A stretch of DNA of 64,000 nt, from NCBI GenBank assembly GCA_965228895.1, contig OZ245842.1, positions 2,191,072 through 2,255,071 on the forward strand, given 5' to 3'. The notes under the pieces are model-generated. The model had not been told where the DNA came from, did no database searches, and saw nothing but the letters and a program-made list of their open reading frames with translations. Numbering within the stretch: position 1 is the stretch's first letter; each line of letters opens with the position of its first letter. This stretch comes from Alphaproteobacteria bacterium (lineage in GTDB: Bacteria > Pseudomonadota > Alphaproteobacteria > SP197). Shown piece after piece: positions 34,092-44,468 of this stretch. A program made the translations under genes and the position numbers.

Positions 34092-34166
34092 GTTCTCCCA
34101 CCAATCTAGTCGTTATAGCCCACCGGGGCAAATATCAGGCGATGAATTTGCCGTCACGAAGCGCGG

Positions 34167-35567
34167 TCATGGCCATGCATCGCGCAGACGCGCCAGACAC
34201 TCCTCGCGGCCAAAAATCGCCAAGACATCAAACACCGGCGGTGACACCGACCGGCCTGTTAGAGCAGCCCTTAGCGGCTGCGCTACTTTGCCCAGGCCCA
34301 GCTCGTTTTCCTCGGCAAACTGCCGCACCAGGGCCTCTAGATCGGTCGTCTGCCAGGAGGTCGTACCGGCCAATGCCTCGATCAGACCAGCCATCAAATC
34401 CGGGTCGGCCCCGGCCAAGGCCTTGGCGGCCTTCGGCTCGATCTCGATGGGGCGTGATTGGAAGAAAAAGAGCGCGTTATCAGCAAGTTCCACGAGGGTC
34501 TTCACGCGTTCTTGTAAGGACGGGACAACCGCTACCAAACGTTCTTGCGCGGCGCTATCCAGACCGTGGCCCAAGCGCTGTTCGATCATCGGTTGGACAA
34601 GACCGGCGAGATGCTGCGGTTCAGACGCCTTGATGTAGTGAAGGTTGAGTGATGTCAGTTTGGCGAGATCAAAACGGGCCGGCGAACGGCCGATTCCGTC
34701 CAAGTCGAACCAAGCGACCGCTTGTTCGGTGGAAATGATCTCGTCATCGCCGTGTGACCAGCCAAGCCGCAACAAATAGTTGCATAGCGCCTCGGGTAGA
34801 AAACCCTCGTCACGGTAGGATTCGGCGCCCAGCGCGCCGTGGCGTTTGGAGAGTTTGGCGCCGTCCGGGCCATGGATCAGCGGCACATGGGCAAACTCCG
34901 GTACCGGCCAGTCCATGGCCTGATAGATCTGCGTCTGGCGCGCCGCGTTGGTCAGATGGTCGTCGCCGCGCACAATATGGGTGATGCCGCTGTCATGATC
35001 ATCGACCACGACCGCGAGCATGTAGGTCGGCGTGCCGTTAGCACGCAACAGGACCATATCGTCGAGCTGCTGATTGGCGACGCGGACTTCGCCCTGGACG
35101 TGGTCGCGAATGACGGTTTCGCCGTCGCGCGGCGCTTTGAGCCTGACGACCGGGTCAACGCCGGCCGGTGCCTCGGCGGGATCGCGGTTCCGCCACCGCC
35201 CGTCGTAAATCGGTGGCCGACCCTCGGCGCGGGCCTTCTCTCGCATCTCGGTCAATTCTTCCGGGCTGGCGTAGCACAGATAGGCGTGACCAGCGTCCAC
35301 CATCGCGCGCGCGACCTCGGTATGCCGTTCCCGACGGTGCGACTGGAAAATCGGCTCCTCGTCCCAATCGAGGCCGAGCCAGGACAAACTATCGAAAATT
35401 GCCGCAATGGCGGCTTCGGTCGAACGTTCACGGTCGGTGTCTTCGATTCTGAGCAGGAACCGGCCGTTGTTGTGGCGGGCAAAAAGCCAGTTGAAGAGCG
35501 CCGTTCGGGCGCCGCCGATATGCAGAAACCCGGTCGGCGAGGGGGCGAAACGTGTAACCACGGACAT
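34167..35567 (-). CDS. gltX: Glutamate--tRNA ligase
   Basis: 466 aa from Met [27 protein letters not shown] (HIGH motif). KLSKR KMSKS motif is present. Track ORF 35645 trimmed. Confidence 0.9.
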   Translation of the reverse strand: MSVVTRFAPSPTGFLHIGGARTALFNWLFARHNNGRFLLRIEDTDRERSTEAAIAAIFDSLSWLGLDWDEEPIFQSHRRERHTEVARAMVDAGHAYLCYASPEELTEMREKARAEGRPPIYDGRWRNRDPAEAPAGVDPVVRLKAPRDGETVIRDHVQGEVRVANQQLDDMVLLRANGTPTYMLAVVVDDHDSGITHIVRGDDHLTNAARQTQIYQAMDWPVPEFAHVPLIHGPDGAKLSKRHGALGAESYRDEGFLPEALCNYLLRLGWSHGDDEIISTEQAVAWFDLDGIGRSPARFDLAKLTSLNLHYIKASEPQHLAGLVQPMIEQRLGHGLDSAAQERLVAVVPSLQERVKTLVELADNALFFFQSRPIEIEPKAAKALAGADPDLMAGLIEALAGTTSWQTTDLEALVRQFAEENELGLGKVAQPLRAALTGRSVSPPVFDVLAIFGREECLARLRDAWP

Positions 35568-35685
35568 GGCGGATGACCTGTTGGGAGCGTTGGGGCGCCT
35601 GTGTAGCAATCCCCCGGCGAGAACCCAAGGCTCCAGAGGCCGCACAAGCCCTTCCTGCAGCCACGCCGTGCGCTAAGATGGCATC

Positions 35686-37797
35686 ATGCACGCGTTAGGG
35701 GGCCTTGGATCCCGGCTTGGCCGGTCGCTCGCCGGTGAACGGGATCGCTGGATTCTGTGGGCGCCGGTCGCCGTGCTGTCGGGCATTCTCGTCTATTTCT
35801 GGCTGCAGGCCGAACCGTGGCCCTGGCTTGGGCTCAGCGTCCTCGTCGTGGCTGCGGTCGCTTGTCTTGCCATCAAGGTCGGTGTCTTGAGGATGCTTGC
35901 CCTGGGCGTCGCTCTGGCGGCGTCAGGTTTCGCTGTGGCGCAACTCTCCACCCATCTAGTCATGGCACCGGTGCTGCTCGATGAGATCGGACCCAGGCCG
36001 GTGTCTGGTGTGATCGAAGCCGTGGAAACCGGCAAGTCGGGGACCCGCATCGTTCTGTCGGCGGTCACGATTGCCGGATTGGACCCGGCGGCAACACCTG
36101 CGCGTGTGCGCATTGTTGTCAGGACCTACGGCGACCAGCCGGTGCCGGGGCTGGGCGCCAGTATCCTGGCGGTTCTGAAGCCGCCTTCGCCGCCGACCTG
36201 GCCCGGCGGGTTCGATTTTGCGCGCCGGGCTTTCTTTCAGGGCATTGGCGGGATTGGTTATGCGGTCGGACCGCTGCGCCTGGAGGATACGAGCAGCAAT
36301 ACCGGTGGCTGGCGTATATGGGTCGAAGGCATCCGCCAAAACGTGACAGACCGCATCCTCGCCGCGCTGGAGCCGCCGACGGGCGCGGTCGCGGCGGCTT
36401 TGTTGACCGGTCAGCGCTACGCGGTGCCAGAAGCGACCTACGACACCATTCGCAGTGCCGGGCTGGCGCACCTCCTGGCGATCTCCGGCCTGCATCTGGG
36501 GTTGGTGGCGGCAGCACTTTTTGTCAGTTTTCGCGCTGTTGTGGCCCTGATTGAGCCTGTCGCGCTCCGGTATCCGATCAAGAAATGGGCGGCTGTTTTC
36601 GCGCTTGTCGGCACGTTCGGTTACCTGCTGTTGTCCGGCGCCACGGTGCCGACCCAGCGCGCCTTCATCATGACGGCCATCGTGCTTGGCGCGATCATGA
36701 TCGAGCGCGATCCGTTCTCCATGCGGCTGGTAGCAGTCGCGGCGCTCGTCGTCATGGTGATCGCGCCTGTCAGTGTGCTTGGCCCAAGCTTCCAGCTTTC
36801 GTTCGCCGCCGTCATCGCCTTGATCGCGGTTTACGAGGCCATTCGCATGCGGTGGCCGGCTTGGCGAGCGCGCCGGTCGATGGCGGGCCGCTTCGCGCTC
36901 TATGTCGCCGGCCTCTCGATCACCACGGTTATTGCCAACCTGGCGACAGCCGGCTTTGTGCTCGCGCATTTCAATCGGTGGGCTGTCTATGGTCTGGCCG
37001 CCAACCTGATCGCCGTGCCGATCACCGCCTTCTGGGTCATGCCCTGGGGCCTCCTGGCGCTTGCCTTGATGCCGCTCGGGCTCGAACAGCTCGCCTTGAT
37101 TCCCATGGGCTGGGGCATCGACGCGGTATTGCTGGTCGCCGGCTGGACGTCCGAGACGCCGGGCTCCGTGCTACGTCTGCCGTCGCCGCCATCCTGGCTG
37201 CCGGTCCTCATCGGCTTTGCGCTTGTTTGGTTATGCCTTTGGCGTAGCCGTTTGCGGGTTTGGGGGTTCGTACCGGTCGTTCTCGTGATAGCCATCTGGT
37301 CGGCAGCGCGCGGTCCCGACCTCTTGATCAGCGATAACGCCAGACTGATGGCCGCCAGAGATAGCGGCGGCACACTCGTCTTGTCGTCCTACCGGCGCGA
37401 GAGGTTTGTCGGCGAACAATGGCTTGCCATGGCCGGGCAGGACCGGGGTCCGCCCTGGCCTGTGGCCGGCGAGGTCCTGTCAGATGGCAGCCTGCGATGC
37501 GACCGCCAGGGCTGTCTCTATCATCCGCTGGGCGAGCAGGGACCAGTCGTTGGGCTCGTCGAGGATGGCGCCATTCTCGAGGAAGACTGCGCGCGCACCG
37601 ACTTTGTGGTCAGCCTTGTGCCCGCTGGCGGGCGCTGTGCGCCACCCTTGGGCGTTATCGATCGTTTCGATCTATGGCGCAGCGGCACCCATGCACTGTG
37701 GTTCGCCGAGGATGGCGTCACCATCGAGACCGTCGCCCAAGCGCAAGGCCAACGACCGTGGGCCCACTGGCCGGAAGCGCGCGAGGAAACTCAGTAG
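35686..37797 (+). CDS. comEC: ComEC/Rec2 family DNA internalization channel protein (no recognizable MBL nuclease motif)
   Basis: 703 aa. N-terminal DUF4131-like TM region plus competence domain ([14 protein letters not shown]). C-terminus lacks HxHxDH. Confidence 0.8.
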   Translation: MHALGGLGSRLGRSLAGERDRWILWAPVAVLSGILVYFWLQAEPWPWLGLSVLVVAAVACLAIKVGVLRMLALGVALAASGFAVAQLSTHLVMAPVLLDEIGPRPVSGVIEAVETGKSGTRIVLSAVTIAGLDPAATPARVRIVVRTYGDQPVPGLGASILAVLKPPSPPTWPGGFDFARRAFFQGIGGIGYAVGPLRLEDTSSNTGGWRIWVEGIRQNVTDRILAALEPPTGAVAAALLTGQRYAVPEATYDTIRSAGLAHLLAISGLHLGLVAAALFVSFRAVVALIEPVALRYPIKKWAAVFALVGTFGYLLLSGATVPTQRAFIMTAIVLGAIMIERDPFSMRLVAVAALVVMVIAPVSVLGPSFQLSFAAVIALIAVYEAIRMRWPAWRARRSMAGRFALYVAGLSITTVIANLATAGFVLAHFNRWAVYGLAANLIAVPITAFWVMPWGLLALALMPLGLEQLALIPMGWGIDAVLLVAGWTSETPGSVLRLPSPPSWLPVLIGFALVWLCLWRSRLRVWGFVPVVLVIAIWSAARGPDLLISDNARLMAARDSGGTLVLSSYRRERFVGEQWLAMAGQDRGPPWPVAGEVLSDGSLRCDRQGCLYHPLGEQGPVVGLVEDGAILEEDCARTDFVVSLVPAGGRCAPPLGVIDRFDLWRSGTHALWFAEDGVTIETVAQAQGQRPWAHWPEAREETQ

Positions 37798-38477
37798 GTG
37801 CGGACGAGCCCGACCAAACGCCCCTGTACCTTGACTCGGTCGGGGCCGAAGATCCGGGTTTCATAGGCGTGGTTCGCCGGCTCTAGCGCAATTGAATCGC
37901 CCTTGCGGCGCAGCCGTTTGAGCGTCGCTTCGGCATCGTCGACCAGGGCGACGACGACGGTTCCGTTGTCGGCTGTCTCGCAGCGTTCGATGACCGCGAT
38001 GTCGCCATCGAGAATGCCGGCTTCGACCATCGAATCGCCTTCGATCTCAAGCGCGTAGCAGTCCCGGTTACCGACCAGGGAGCCGGGGATATCGACGCTG
38101 CGCGTGGGATCCGACAGCGCCTCGATCGGCGTACCGGCGGCAATCTTGCCGTGCAGCGGCAGATTGACGGCGCCTTCCAAGGCATGCGGCACCGTAAATT
38201 CCGGCGTCTTCGGTTTGGCGGACCCTTCGATCACGCTCAACGAGGCGATGGCCTCTTCGTTGCCGGGCGGCAGCTTCAGAACTTCCAACGCTCGCGCACG
38301 ATGGGGCAGGCGGCGGATGAAACCGCGCTCCTCCAAGGCCGTGATCAAACGGTGGATACCCGACTTGGATTTCAAGCCGACCGCGTCCTTCATCTCGTCA
38401 AACGACGGCGAGACACCGTCTTCGCCGAGCCTGCGGTTGATATAGAGAAGGAGTTCTTGCTGCTTGCGTGTCAACAT
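37791..38477 (-). CDS. lexA: LexA repressor
   Basis: About 228 aa from Met [13 protein letters not shown], a winged-helix domain. Ser-Lys dyad region GDSMVEAGI...LKRL. The alphaproteobacterial long linker is present. Start coordinate is +/-1. Confidence 0.9.
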   Translation of the reverse strand: MLTRKQQELLLYINRRLGEDGVSPSFDEMKDAVGLKSKSGIHRLITALEERGFIRRLPHRARALEVLKLPPGNEEAIASLSVIEGSAKPKTPEFTVPHALEGAVNLPLHGKIAAGTPIEALSDPTRSVDIPGSLVGNRDCYALEIEGDSMVEAGILDGDIAVIERCETADNGTVVVALVDDAEATLKRLRRKGDSIALEPANHAYETRIFGPDRVKVQGRLVGLVRTY

Positions 38478-38502
38478 TGTGTCTGCGCCCCACAATATTT
38501 AG

Positions 38503-38517
38503 AACAAATACCTAACA
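38503..38517 (-). promoter_or_regulatory. Second, one-mismatch SOS box GAAC-N7-TAAC
   Basis: GAACAAATACCTAAC, 10 nt from box 1. Tandem boxes on lexA promoters are known in Rhodobacter and Rhizobium. Confidence 0.4.
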
Positions 38518-38526
38518 TACACACAG

Positions 38527-38541
38527 GTTCTAGTTTGGTTC
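38527..38541 (-). promoter_or_regulatory. Alphaproteobacterial SOS box (LexA operator) GTTC-N7-GTTC
   Basis: Exact GTTCTAGTTTGGTTC about 50 nt upstream of the lexA start. On the coding strand it reads GAACCAAACTAGAAC. It overlaps a TTGACA-N17-TAGAAC promoter-like element. Confidence 0.7.
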
Positions 38542-38607
38542 GCGTTTTGTGTCAAGGCGCAAACATAGGTCCACCCAGGGAATCACGCAACGATTGTCGG
38601 TTTGTTC

Positions 38608-39801
38608 CTAGAGAAGGACGTAGCGAACGGGTTCGCCGGGCTCCGCCGCCGGGGCATGGGGCGGGCGCATGATCAGGCAATCGGACCCGGCGATCGTCGC
38701 CAGCATGGAGCTGTCCTGGACATCATAGGACGTGACGATCCGGTGCCCGTTCTCGTCGCGCGACAGGCGTCCGCGCAGATAATCCTGACGCTCGTCGTTG
38801 GCGGCGAGCGGGGCGCCCAGCCGCGCCGTCTCGTAGGTTACCGTAGGATCGGTGACGCCCAGCATGGCGTCTATCGCCGGGCGCATGAAGAGCAGGCCGC
38901 AGACGATGGACGACACGGGATTGCCGGGGAAACCCAACATCGGCGTACCGTTAAGGTGGCCGAAGGTCAGCGGTTTGCCGGGGCGCATTGCGATCTTCCA
39001 GAAGTCGACGTCGAGGCCTTCGTCGCCCAAGACCTGACGCACCAAGTCACGTTCGCCAACCGACATGCCGCCGGTGACGACCAACAGATCGGCGTTGTCG
39101 GCGCCGGCCGCCATGCGTTTCAGTGACGTCTCGTTGTCGCGCGCTATGCCGAGGTTGATGGCTTCGCCACCTGCTTGGTCGATCATGGCCGCCAGCGCGA
39201 TGGTGTTCGAGCTGACGATCTGATGATCGCCCGTCGGTTCCCCCGGCATGACAAGTTCGTCGCCGGTTCCCAGAATCGCGACACGCGGACGGCGTGTCAC
39301 GGCGAGCCAGGGGATGTTCATCGACGCGATCAAGGCGATGTGACGCGGTTCCAATCGTGTCCCGGCCGCCGGACCGTTGTCGCCTTCGTTGAAGTCGAGA
39401 CCGCGCCGGCGCACGTAACGGCCACGCGCCACCGGTTCGTTGATCGTGACGTCGCTGTCCTTCGCGTCGGTCAATTCCTGGATGACGATGGTGTCGGCGC
39501 CCTGTGGCAATGGACCGCCCGTGAAGATGCGTACGGCCTCGCCAGCCTTGAGTTCCGCGCCATAGGCGCCACCGGCGGGCGCCATGCCGACGACCTTCAG
39601 AACGGCCGGTGCAGTTTCGACATCGCTGCCATTGACGGCATAACCATCCATGGCGGAGACGTCGGTCGGCGGTTTGGTCAGTCGCGCAACAGTGTCTTCG
39701 GCGAGCACACGTCCGTGCGCCTCACTGATGGCAACCTGTTCGCCGGGTAAAACTTGAAACGCGGCGAGGATGCGCGCCAACGCCTCGTCGACCGGTATCA
39801 T
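38608..39801 (-). CDS. moeA: Molybdopterin molybdenumtransferase
   Basis: 397 aa with [12 protein letters not shown]...SAMDGYAV and GGVSVG-like motifs. Confidence 0.9.
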   Translation of the reverse strand: MIPVDEALARILAAFQVLPGEQVAISEAHGRVLAEDTVARLTKPPTDVSAMDGYAVNGSDVETAPAVLKVVGMAPAGGAYGAELKAGEAVRIFTGGPLPQGADTIVIQELTDAKDSDVTINEPVARGRYVRRRGLDFNEGDNGPAAGTRLEPRHIALIASMNIPWLAVTRRPRVAILGTGDELVMPGEPTGDHQIVSSNTIALAAMIDQAGGEAINLGIARDNETSLKRMAAGADNADLLVVTGGMSVGERDLVRQVLGDEGLDVDFWKIAMRPGKPLTFGHLNGTPMLGFPGNPVSSIVCGLLFMRPAIDAMLGVTDPTVTYETARLGAPLAANDERQDYLRGRLSRDENGHRIVTSYDVQDSSMLATIAGSDCLIMRPPHAPAAEPGEPVRYVLL

Positions 39802-40280
39802 GCGGGTCGCGTAAACGTGCCGGACTTGCCGCCCGACTTGTGAGAAAGCCTGATGTCGCTGATCGTCATCGCGCGGTCGACAGCTTTAACCATGTCGTAG
39901 ACCGTTAGCGCGGCAACAGACACGGCGGTCAGTGCTTCCATCTCAACGCCGGTACGCCCGGCCAGCTTGCATGTCGCTTGAATGTCGACGGTGTTGTCGT
40001 CGCGGTTGGGCGTCAAGTCGACCGTGACCGAGCTCAACGACAGCGGATGGCACAAGGGGATCAAGTCCGCCGTCTTCTTCGCCGCCATGATCCCCGCCAA
40101 ACGCGCGACGGCGAGCACATCGCCTTTCTTGACGTCGCCGGAAACGATGAGCTCCAGTGTCGACGGCAACATGTGCACGCGCCCTTCGGCGACCGCGACA
40201 CGTTCGGTCTCCGCCTTGCCCGAGACATCGACCATCTGCGCGCGGCCTTCAGCGTCGAAATGGGTGAGCTTGTCTGTCAT
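39798..40280 (-). CDS. moaC: Cyclic pyranopterin monophosphate synthase accessory protein
   Basis: 160 aa from Met MTDKLTHFD with LIPLCHPL motif. Track ORF trimmed. Confidence 0.9.
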   Translation of the reverse strand: MTDKLTHFDAEGRAQMVDVSGKAETERVAVAEGRVHMLPSTLELIVSGDVKKGDVLAVARLAGIMAAKKTADLIPLCHPLSLSSVTVDLTPNRDDNTVDIQATCKLAGRTGVEMEALTAVSVAALTVYDMVKAVDRAMTISDIRLSHKSGGKSGTFTRPA

Positions 40281-40281
40281 G

Positions 40282-41094
40282 TCACGCGGTCTCGCGTTGT
40301 GCGGCCCTGTCGCCGAGCAGGGTGGCGGTTGCGGCGGCGACGTCATTCTGGCGCATCAGATGTTCGCCGACCAGGAAGCGGCGCGCGCCGCATTGTGCCA
40401 TGCGCACGAGGTCGTCGTGCCGCTTGAGCCCGCTCTCACAAACGATGTCCCAGTCATCGGGAACACGAGGCGCCAGGTCCTCAGTTGTGGCGAGGTCGAC
40501 ATTGAGCGTCTTGAGGTTGCGATTGTTGATACCCAACAGGCCGGGCCCCAGGTCGAGCGCGCGGTCAAGCTCGTCGCCGTCATGCACCTCGATCAGAACG
40601 TCCAAATCCCACTGCTGTGCGGTCGCGTAGAGCTCTCGGGCCTGACCGTCGTCAAGCGCCGCCATGATCAGCAGAATGCAGTCGGCATGGATAGCTCGGG
40701 CTTCAACAATTTGATAAGGATCCAACATGAAGTCCTTGCGAAGACACGGTAAACCGCTCGCCGACTTCGCCATCCGCACATAGCTGTCATCGCCTTTGAA
40801 AAACGGCTGATCGGTCAGGACGGAAAGACAGGAAGCCCCGCCGTCGCGGTACGCCATGGCCAGGGCGGCGGGGTCGAAATCGGGCCGGATCTCGCCGGCA
40901 CTCGGCGAGGCGCGTTTGATTTCGGCGATCAGCGCCAAACCGTTGCTCGCTTTGGCAGCGAGGGCCGCGGCAAAACCTAGAGGAGGGGCCACCTCCCGCG
41001 CCGCCGCTTCGACGTCGCCAAGCGGCTTTAGCGCCTTGCAGCGCGCGATATGCTCGAGCTTTTCGCCGCAGATTTTTTGAAGAACGTCCGACAT
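40282..41094 (-). CDS. trpC: Indole-3-glycerol phosphate synthase
   Basis: 270 aa with [11 protein letters not shown] and NRNLKT motifs. Confidence 0.9.
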   Translation of the reverse strand: MSDVLQKICGEKLEHIARCKALKPLGDVEAAAREVAPPLGFAAALAAKASNGLALIAEIKRASPSAGEIRPDFDPAALAMAYRDGGASCLSVLTDQPFFKGDDSYVRMAKSASGLPCLRKDFMLDPYQIVEARAIHADCILLIMAALDDGQARELYATAQQWDLDVLIEVHDGDELDRALDLGPGLLGINNRNLKTLNVDLATTEDLAPRVPDDWDIVCESGLKRHDDLVRMAQCGARRFLVGEHLMRQNDVAAATATLLGDRAAQRETA

Positions 41095-41104
41095 TGCCGC
41101 CGCC

Positions 41105-42136
41105 TCAGCCGCTACCGGACGTGATCATGACAAGGCGATCGAGACTGGCGCGCGCAGCGCCGCTGTCGATCGCATCGGCTGCGATGGCGACACCGTCGCG
41201 CAGCGTGCTGCTTTTGCCGGCGACAATCAGTGCCCCCGCCGCATTGAGCAGCACCGTATCCCGGTAGGCGCTCATCTTACCGTCCAGGAGGTCGCGCATC
41301 GCCGCTGCATTCTCTTCAGGTGTGCCGCCCTTGATCGCGTCCAGCGTGGCCTCGCCGAGGCCCGCGTCGCCGGGCGACACCTCCATCATTGTGACCTCAC
41401 CATTTTCAAGCGAGGCGACCGTGTTGGCGCCGCCCAGGGTCAACTCGTCGCAGCCGTCGGCGCTGTGCACCACCCAGGCCCGTTCGGCGCCCAGGTCACC
41501 CAGGACCCGGGCCAGCGGCTCGACCCAACGGCCATCGAAAACACCGATGAAAAACAGTTTAACTTCTGCTGGATTCGATAATGGTCCTAATAGGTTAAAG
41601 ACGGTTCTTACACCCATTTCTACGCGCGCAGGCATGACGTGGCGCATGGCGCTGTGATGGCGCGAGGCAATCATGAAGCCGATGCCGGCCTCGTCGATGG
41701 CCTGTTGCACGACGTCGTAGTCGGCTTCCAGATCGACGCCGAGCACCGACAACACGTCCGCCGCGCCTGACTTCGATGAAGCCGCCCGGTTGCCGTGTTT
41801 GGCGACGGTCAGGCCGCAGCCGGCGACCACCAAGGCGGTCGCGGTCGAGATGTTGAGCGTGTGCTTGGCATCGCCGCCGGTGCCGACGATGTCGATGGCG
41901 CCTTCCGGCGCTTTCATGCGGCGCATGTTGGCGCGCATGGCCTTGGCGCCGCCGGCGATCTCTTCGACGGTTTCGCCGCGCATGGCGAGCGCCATCAAGA
42001 ACCCGCCGGTTTGGGCGTGGCTCGCTTCGCCGGCCATGATGATGGCAAACGCGCGGTCTGCCTCATCGGCCGACAGGGCCTGACCCGCGGCGACCTTGGC
42101 GATCAGCGGCTTGAGGTCCTGGGACGCCTCGCTCAT
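41105..42136 (-). CDS. trpD: Anthranilate phosphoribosyltransferase
   Basis: 343 aa with DIVGTGGD and KHGNRAASSKSG motifs. Confidence 0.9.
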   Translation of the reverse strand: MSEASQDLKPLIAKVAAGQALSADEADRAFAIIMAGEASHAQTGGFLMALAMRGETVEEIAGGAKAMRANMRRMKAPEGAIDIVGTGGDAKHTLNISTATALVVAGCGLTVAKHGNRAASSKSGAADVLSVLGVDLEADYDVVQQAIDEAGIGFMIASRHHSAMRHVMPARVEMGVRTVFNLLGPLSNPAEVKLFFIGVFDGRWVEPLARVLGDLGAERAWVVHSADGCDELTLGGANTVASLENGEVTMMEVSPGDAGLGEATLDAIKGGTPEENAAAMRDLLDGKMSAYRDTVLLNAAGALIVAGKSSTLRDGVAIAADAIDSGAARASLDRLVMITSGSG

Positions 42137-42720
42137 GCGGCCTTGGCCTTCTTGGGCAGCATATCCAGGAAGTTCTTCAGGATTGCATGGCCATGCTCGG
42201 ATTCGATGCTTTCGGGATGGAACTGAACGCCGTGCAGCGCCAGGGTTTTATGGCGAATGCCCATGATCACGCCGTCAGCCGTTTTGGCGGTCACTTCCAG
42301 GCAGTCGGGGATCGAGTCCGGTGCGATGGTGAGCGAGTGATAGCGGGTTGCCCTCAGCGGTGAGGGCAGGCCGGCGAACACGCCCCTGGCGTCATGCTCG
42401 ATATCCGACAGTTTGCCGTGCATGGGCGCCGGTGCTCGCTCAATACGTCCGCCAAACACCTGCCCGATCGCCTGGTGGCCCAGGCACACGCCAAAAATCG
42501 GCGTTTCTCCGCCGATCCGTTCGATCATCTCGAGGCAGATTCCCGCGCGATCAGGGTCGCAAGGGCCGGGCGAAATCACGATGGCTTCCGGCGCCATGGC
42601 GACGACGTCGTCAACGCTAACCTGATCGTTGCGGTGGACGACAACATCGGCACCCAGCTCGCCCAGATAGTGCCAGAGATTATAGGTAAAGCTGTCGTAG
42701 TTATCGATCAGCAGCAACAT
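42133..42720 (-). CDS. trpG: Anthranilate synthase component II (glutamine amidotransferase)
   Basis: 195 aa, MLLLIDNYDSFTYNL, catalytic GVCLGHQ. Followed by trpD and trpC. A PabA role cannot be excluded. Confidence 0.85.
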   Translation of the reverse strand: MLLLIDNYDSFTYNLWHYLGELGADVVVHRNDQVSVDDVVAMAPEAIVISPGPCDPDRAGICLEMIERIGGETPIFGVCLGHQAIGQVFGGRIERAPAPMHGKLSDIEHDARGVFAGLPSPLRATRYHSLTIAPDSIPDCLEVTAKTADGVIMGIRHKTLALHGVQFHPESIESEHGHAILKNFLDMLPKKAKAA

Positions 42721-42794
42721 GATGTGTTCCCTTGTTTTCCGGTATGCCTCCGGGCTGGCGCAGCATAACCAAGGCGTCCACAGGGAACAACAGC

Positions 42795-42812
42795 ACCCAC
42801 TACATAGTGGGT
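42795..42812. promoter_or_regulatory. Perfect 8-2-8 palindrome ACCCACTA-CA-TAGTGGGT in the divergent trpG / yibQ-like region
   Basis: Read directly from the sequence. Not a terminator on either strand: T/A runs precede rather than follow the stem. Confidence 0.35.
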
Positions 42813-42848
42813 TGAAAAAACGCCGACACTCCAGGACTATGATTTTCC

Positions 42849-44468
42849 GTGGGGATCAGGCAAACGCAGCGCGCACCACGCCAAGTCAAACCGGCACCGC
42901 GACGCGGCCGGTTGTGGCTGTCTGAGGCAACGATTGCGTTCGTGGCCCCGGCGCTGCTGGGTGCTGCCGTCGGGTTCTTTACGGCCAGCGAAATGGTCAG
43001 CAATGCACCGGTTATCGCGCCGGCGATCTGGCAGGTTGCCGAGCGCGACATGCCCTTGTCGGCTGTTCCTGAGACAATCGAGGTCGCGACCCTGCCGCCG
43101 CTTTATGTTGTCGATCACCAACCCATTGAAGTCGCCCAAGCGGTCATCCCGGTCGATCCCGACTTCGATGACGGCTTTGATGTCACCGTTGATCCGCCTT
43201 CGTTGGTTGTCGCCGTGGACGCTGGGGAGTCGGCGACACAGATCGCCATGGCCGGGCCGGCGCATAGACCGCACGACCTCGACCACCGGTCTTTGTTAAG
43301 CGCGGTAATCCCGGCCGCCGGCGCTGCGCACGCTTCACACGATGTCGCGGGTAGCTCGTGGTATGCGTCGTCTCTGCCGGTTCCCGGTGCGGCTCGTTCA
43401 CCGCACGATATTGCGTTCGCTGCATGGACGGAGGTGGACGGGCGGGCGCAGCTTCACAGCGATCTCGATGGCGCGCCGCTTATGGCCGTGAACGGGCGCG
43501 TGGCCGTGGCACAGAACGACGCGCTCACCACCTTGCCGCTGCAGGAGCGGCGCCACGCCGACATGAAGGCCTGGTCCATGGTGCTCAGCCTGCCGCAGCC
43601 ACCGCTGCCCGACGTTGCGCCGGGCCCGCCGGTTGTGGTGTCGGAGACTGGTCCCGACCTGATCGACGAGACTTTCGCCACGTCGAGCCTGGGACCGCTC
43701 GATCTGATACCCGAAACGGAATCTGAGGCGGACGAGCCTGTCTCCGGCTTGGCGCCGGCCATTGCCATCGTGATCGATGATTTGGGCCTCAACCGCCGCC
43801 AAACCGCTGCGGCCTCGGAACTGCCCGGCCCGCTCACCATGGCGTTCATTGCCTATGCCGACGATCTCGCGCTCCAGACGGCGACCGCGCGCGCGTTCGG
43901 GCACGAGATCTTTCTACATCTGCCCATGGAACCGATCGATGCCGACGAAAACCCTGGCCCGAACGCGCTTTTGGCTAGCCTGTCGGATGCCGAGCTTCGC
44001 GCCCGGTTGGTCGAAAACCTCGACCGTTTCACCGGCTATGTCGGCGTCAACAATCACATGGGCAGCAGGTTGACCCAGGACGGTGGCGCCATGGCTGTCG
44101 TCATGGCCGAACTCAAGCACCGCGACCTGATGTTCCTCGATTCCGTCACCATCGGGCGCTCTTTGGCGCATCGCACGGCGGTGACCTTCGGTGTGCCGTC
44201 CGCGCAGCGCGACGTCTTTCTCGACAACGTGCCTGACGTCGCGTCGATCATGCGTCAGCTCGCTGCGCTCGAGGCCGTGGCGAACCAGCGCGGCTACGCC
44301 ATCGCCATCGGCCATCCCCACCCGGCGACCGTTGCCGCGTTGGCCCAATGGCTACCGGATGTGGTGGCGCGAGGCTTCCGCCTTGTGCCGGCGAGCGAAA
44401 TCATCATGCGCGGCGATATCATCCTCGCCCAGCACGGTGGCGCCAATCTCAACAGCGAAAATCGTTAG
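42849..44468 (+). CDS. Divergent polysaccharide deacetylase (YibQ/DUF610-like) with N-terminal membrane anchor and long non-conserved linker
   Basis: C-terminal 240 aa match the YibQ pattern AIVIDDLG...HLPMEP...GVNNHMGS...GHPHPATV. N-terminal basic stretch plus one TM, then a P/A/D-rich region. GTG start. Confidence 0.7.
   Translation: MGIRQTQRAPRQVKPAPRRGRLWLSEATIAFVAPALLGAAVGFFTASEMVSNAPVIAPAIWQVAERDMPLSAVPETIEVATLPPLYVVDHQPIEVAQAVIPVDPDFDDGFDVTVDPPSLVVAVDAGESATQIAMAGPAHRPHDLDHRSLLSAVIPAAGAAHASHDVAGSSWYASSLPVPGAARSPHDIAFAAWTEVDGRAQLHSDLDGAPLMAVNGRVAVAQNDALTTLPLQERRHADMKAWSMVLSLPQPPLPDVAPGPPVVVSETGPDLIDETFATSSLGPLDLIPETESEADEPVSGLAPAIAIVIDDLGLNRRQTAAASELPGPLTMAFIAYADDLALQTATARAFGHEIFLHLPMEPIDADENPGPNALLASLSDAELRARLVENLDRFTGYVGVNNHMGSRLTQDGGAMAVVMAELKHRDLMFLDSVTIGRSLAHRTAVTFGVPSAQRDVFLDNVPDVASIMRQLAALEAVANQRGYAIAIGHPHPATVAALAQWLPDVVARGFRLVPASEIIMRGDIILAQHGGANLNSENR

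Noticed and set aside
34030-34131. N-terminal extensions in the track's longest ORFs for gltA, gltX (35645), ppiD-like (48032), pgpA (61857), pdhA (53675), pdhC (55558), fabZ (28720), moaC (40346), lexA and nuoK (879).
   Set aside because: The extensions are Arg/Pro-rich, lack homology, and often overlap the upstream gene. Internal Met codons match conserved N-termini and usually have a ribosome-binding site.
35568-35685. Looked for an SOS box or competence-type promoter upstream of comEC, and an SOS box upstream of dnaE (13925-13978).
   Set aside because: No GTTC-N7-GTTC or GAAC-N7-GAAC match within these spacers.
37791-38495. My manual codon walk through lexA came out 1 nt out of frame relative to the ORF track near 38460.
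   Set aside because: Most likely my transcription error while reading the sequence block. The track shows an uninterrupted 234-codon ORF with a canonical LexA sequence, so no frameshift or pseudogene is claimed, and coordinates here are given as +/-1.
42133-42720. Considered annotating the 195-aa amidotransferase as pabA rather than trpG.
   Set aside because: It directly precedes trpD-trpC in an apparent operon. A TrpG role, or a dual TrpG/PabA role, is the more parsimonious call, and it cannot be separated by sequence alone.
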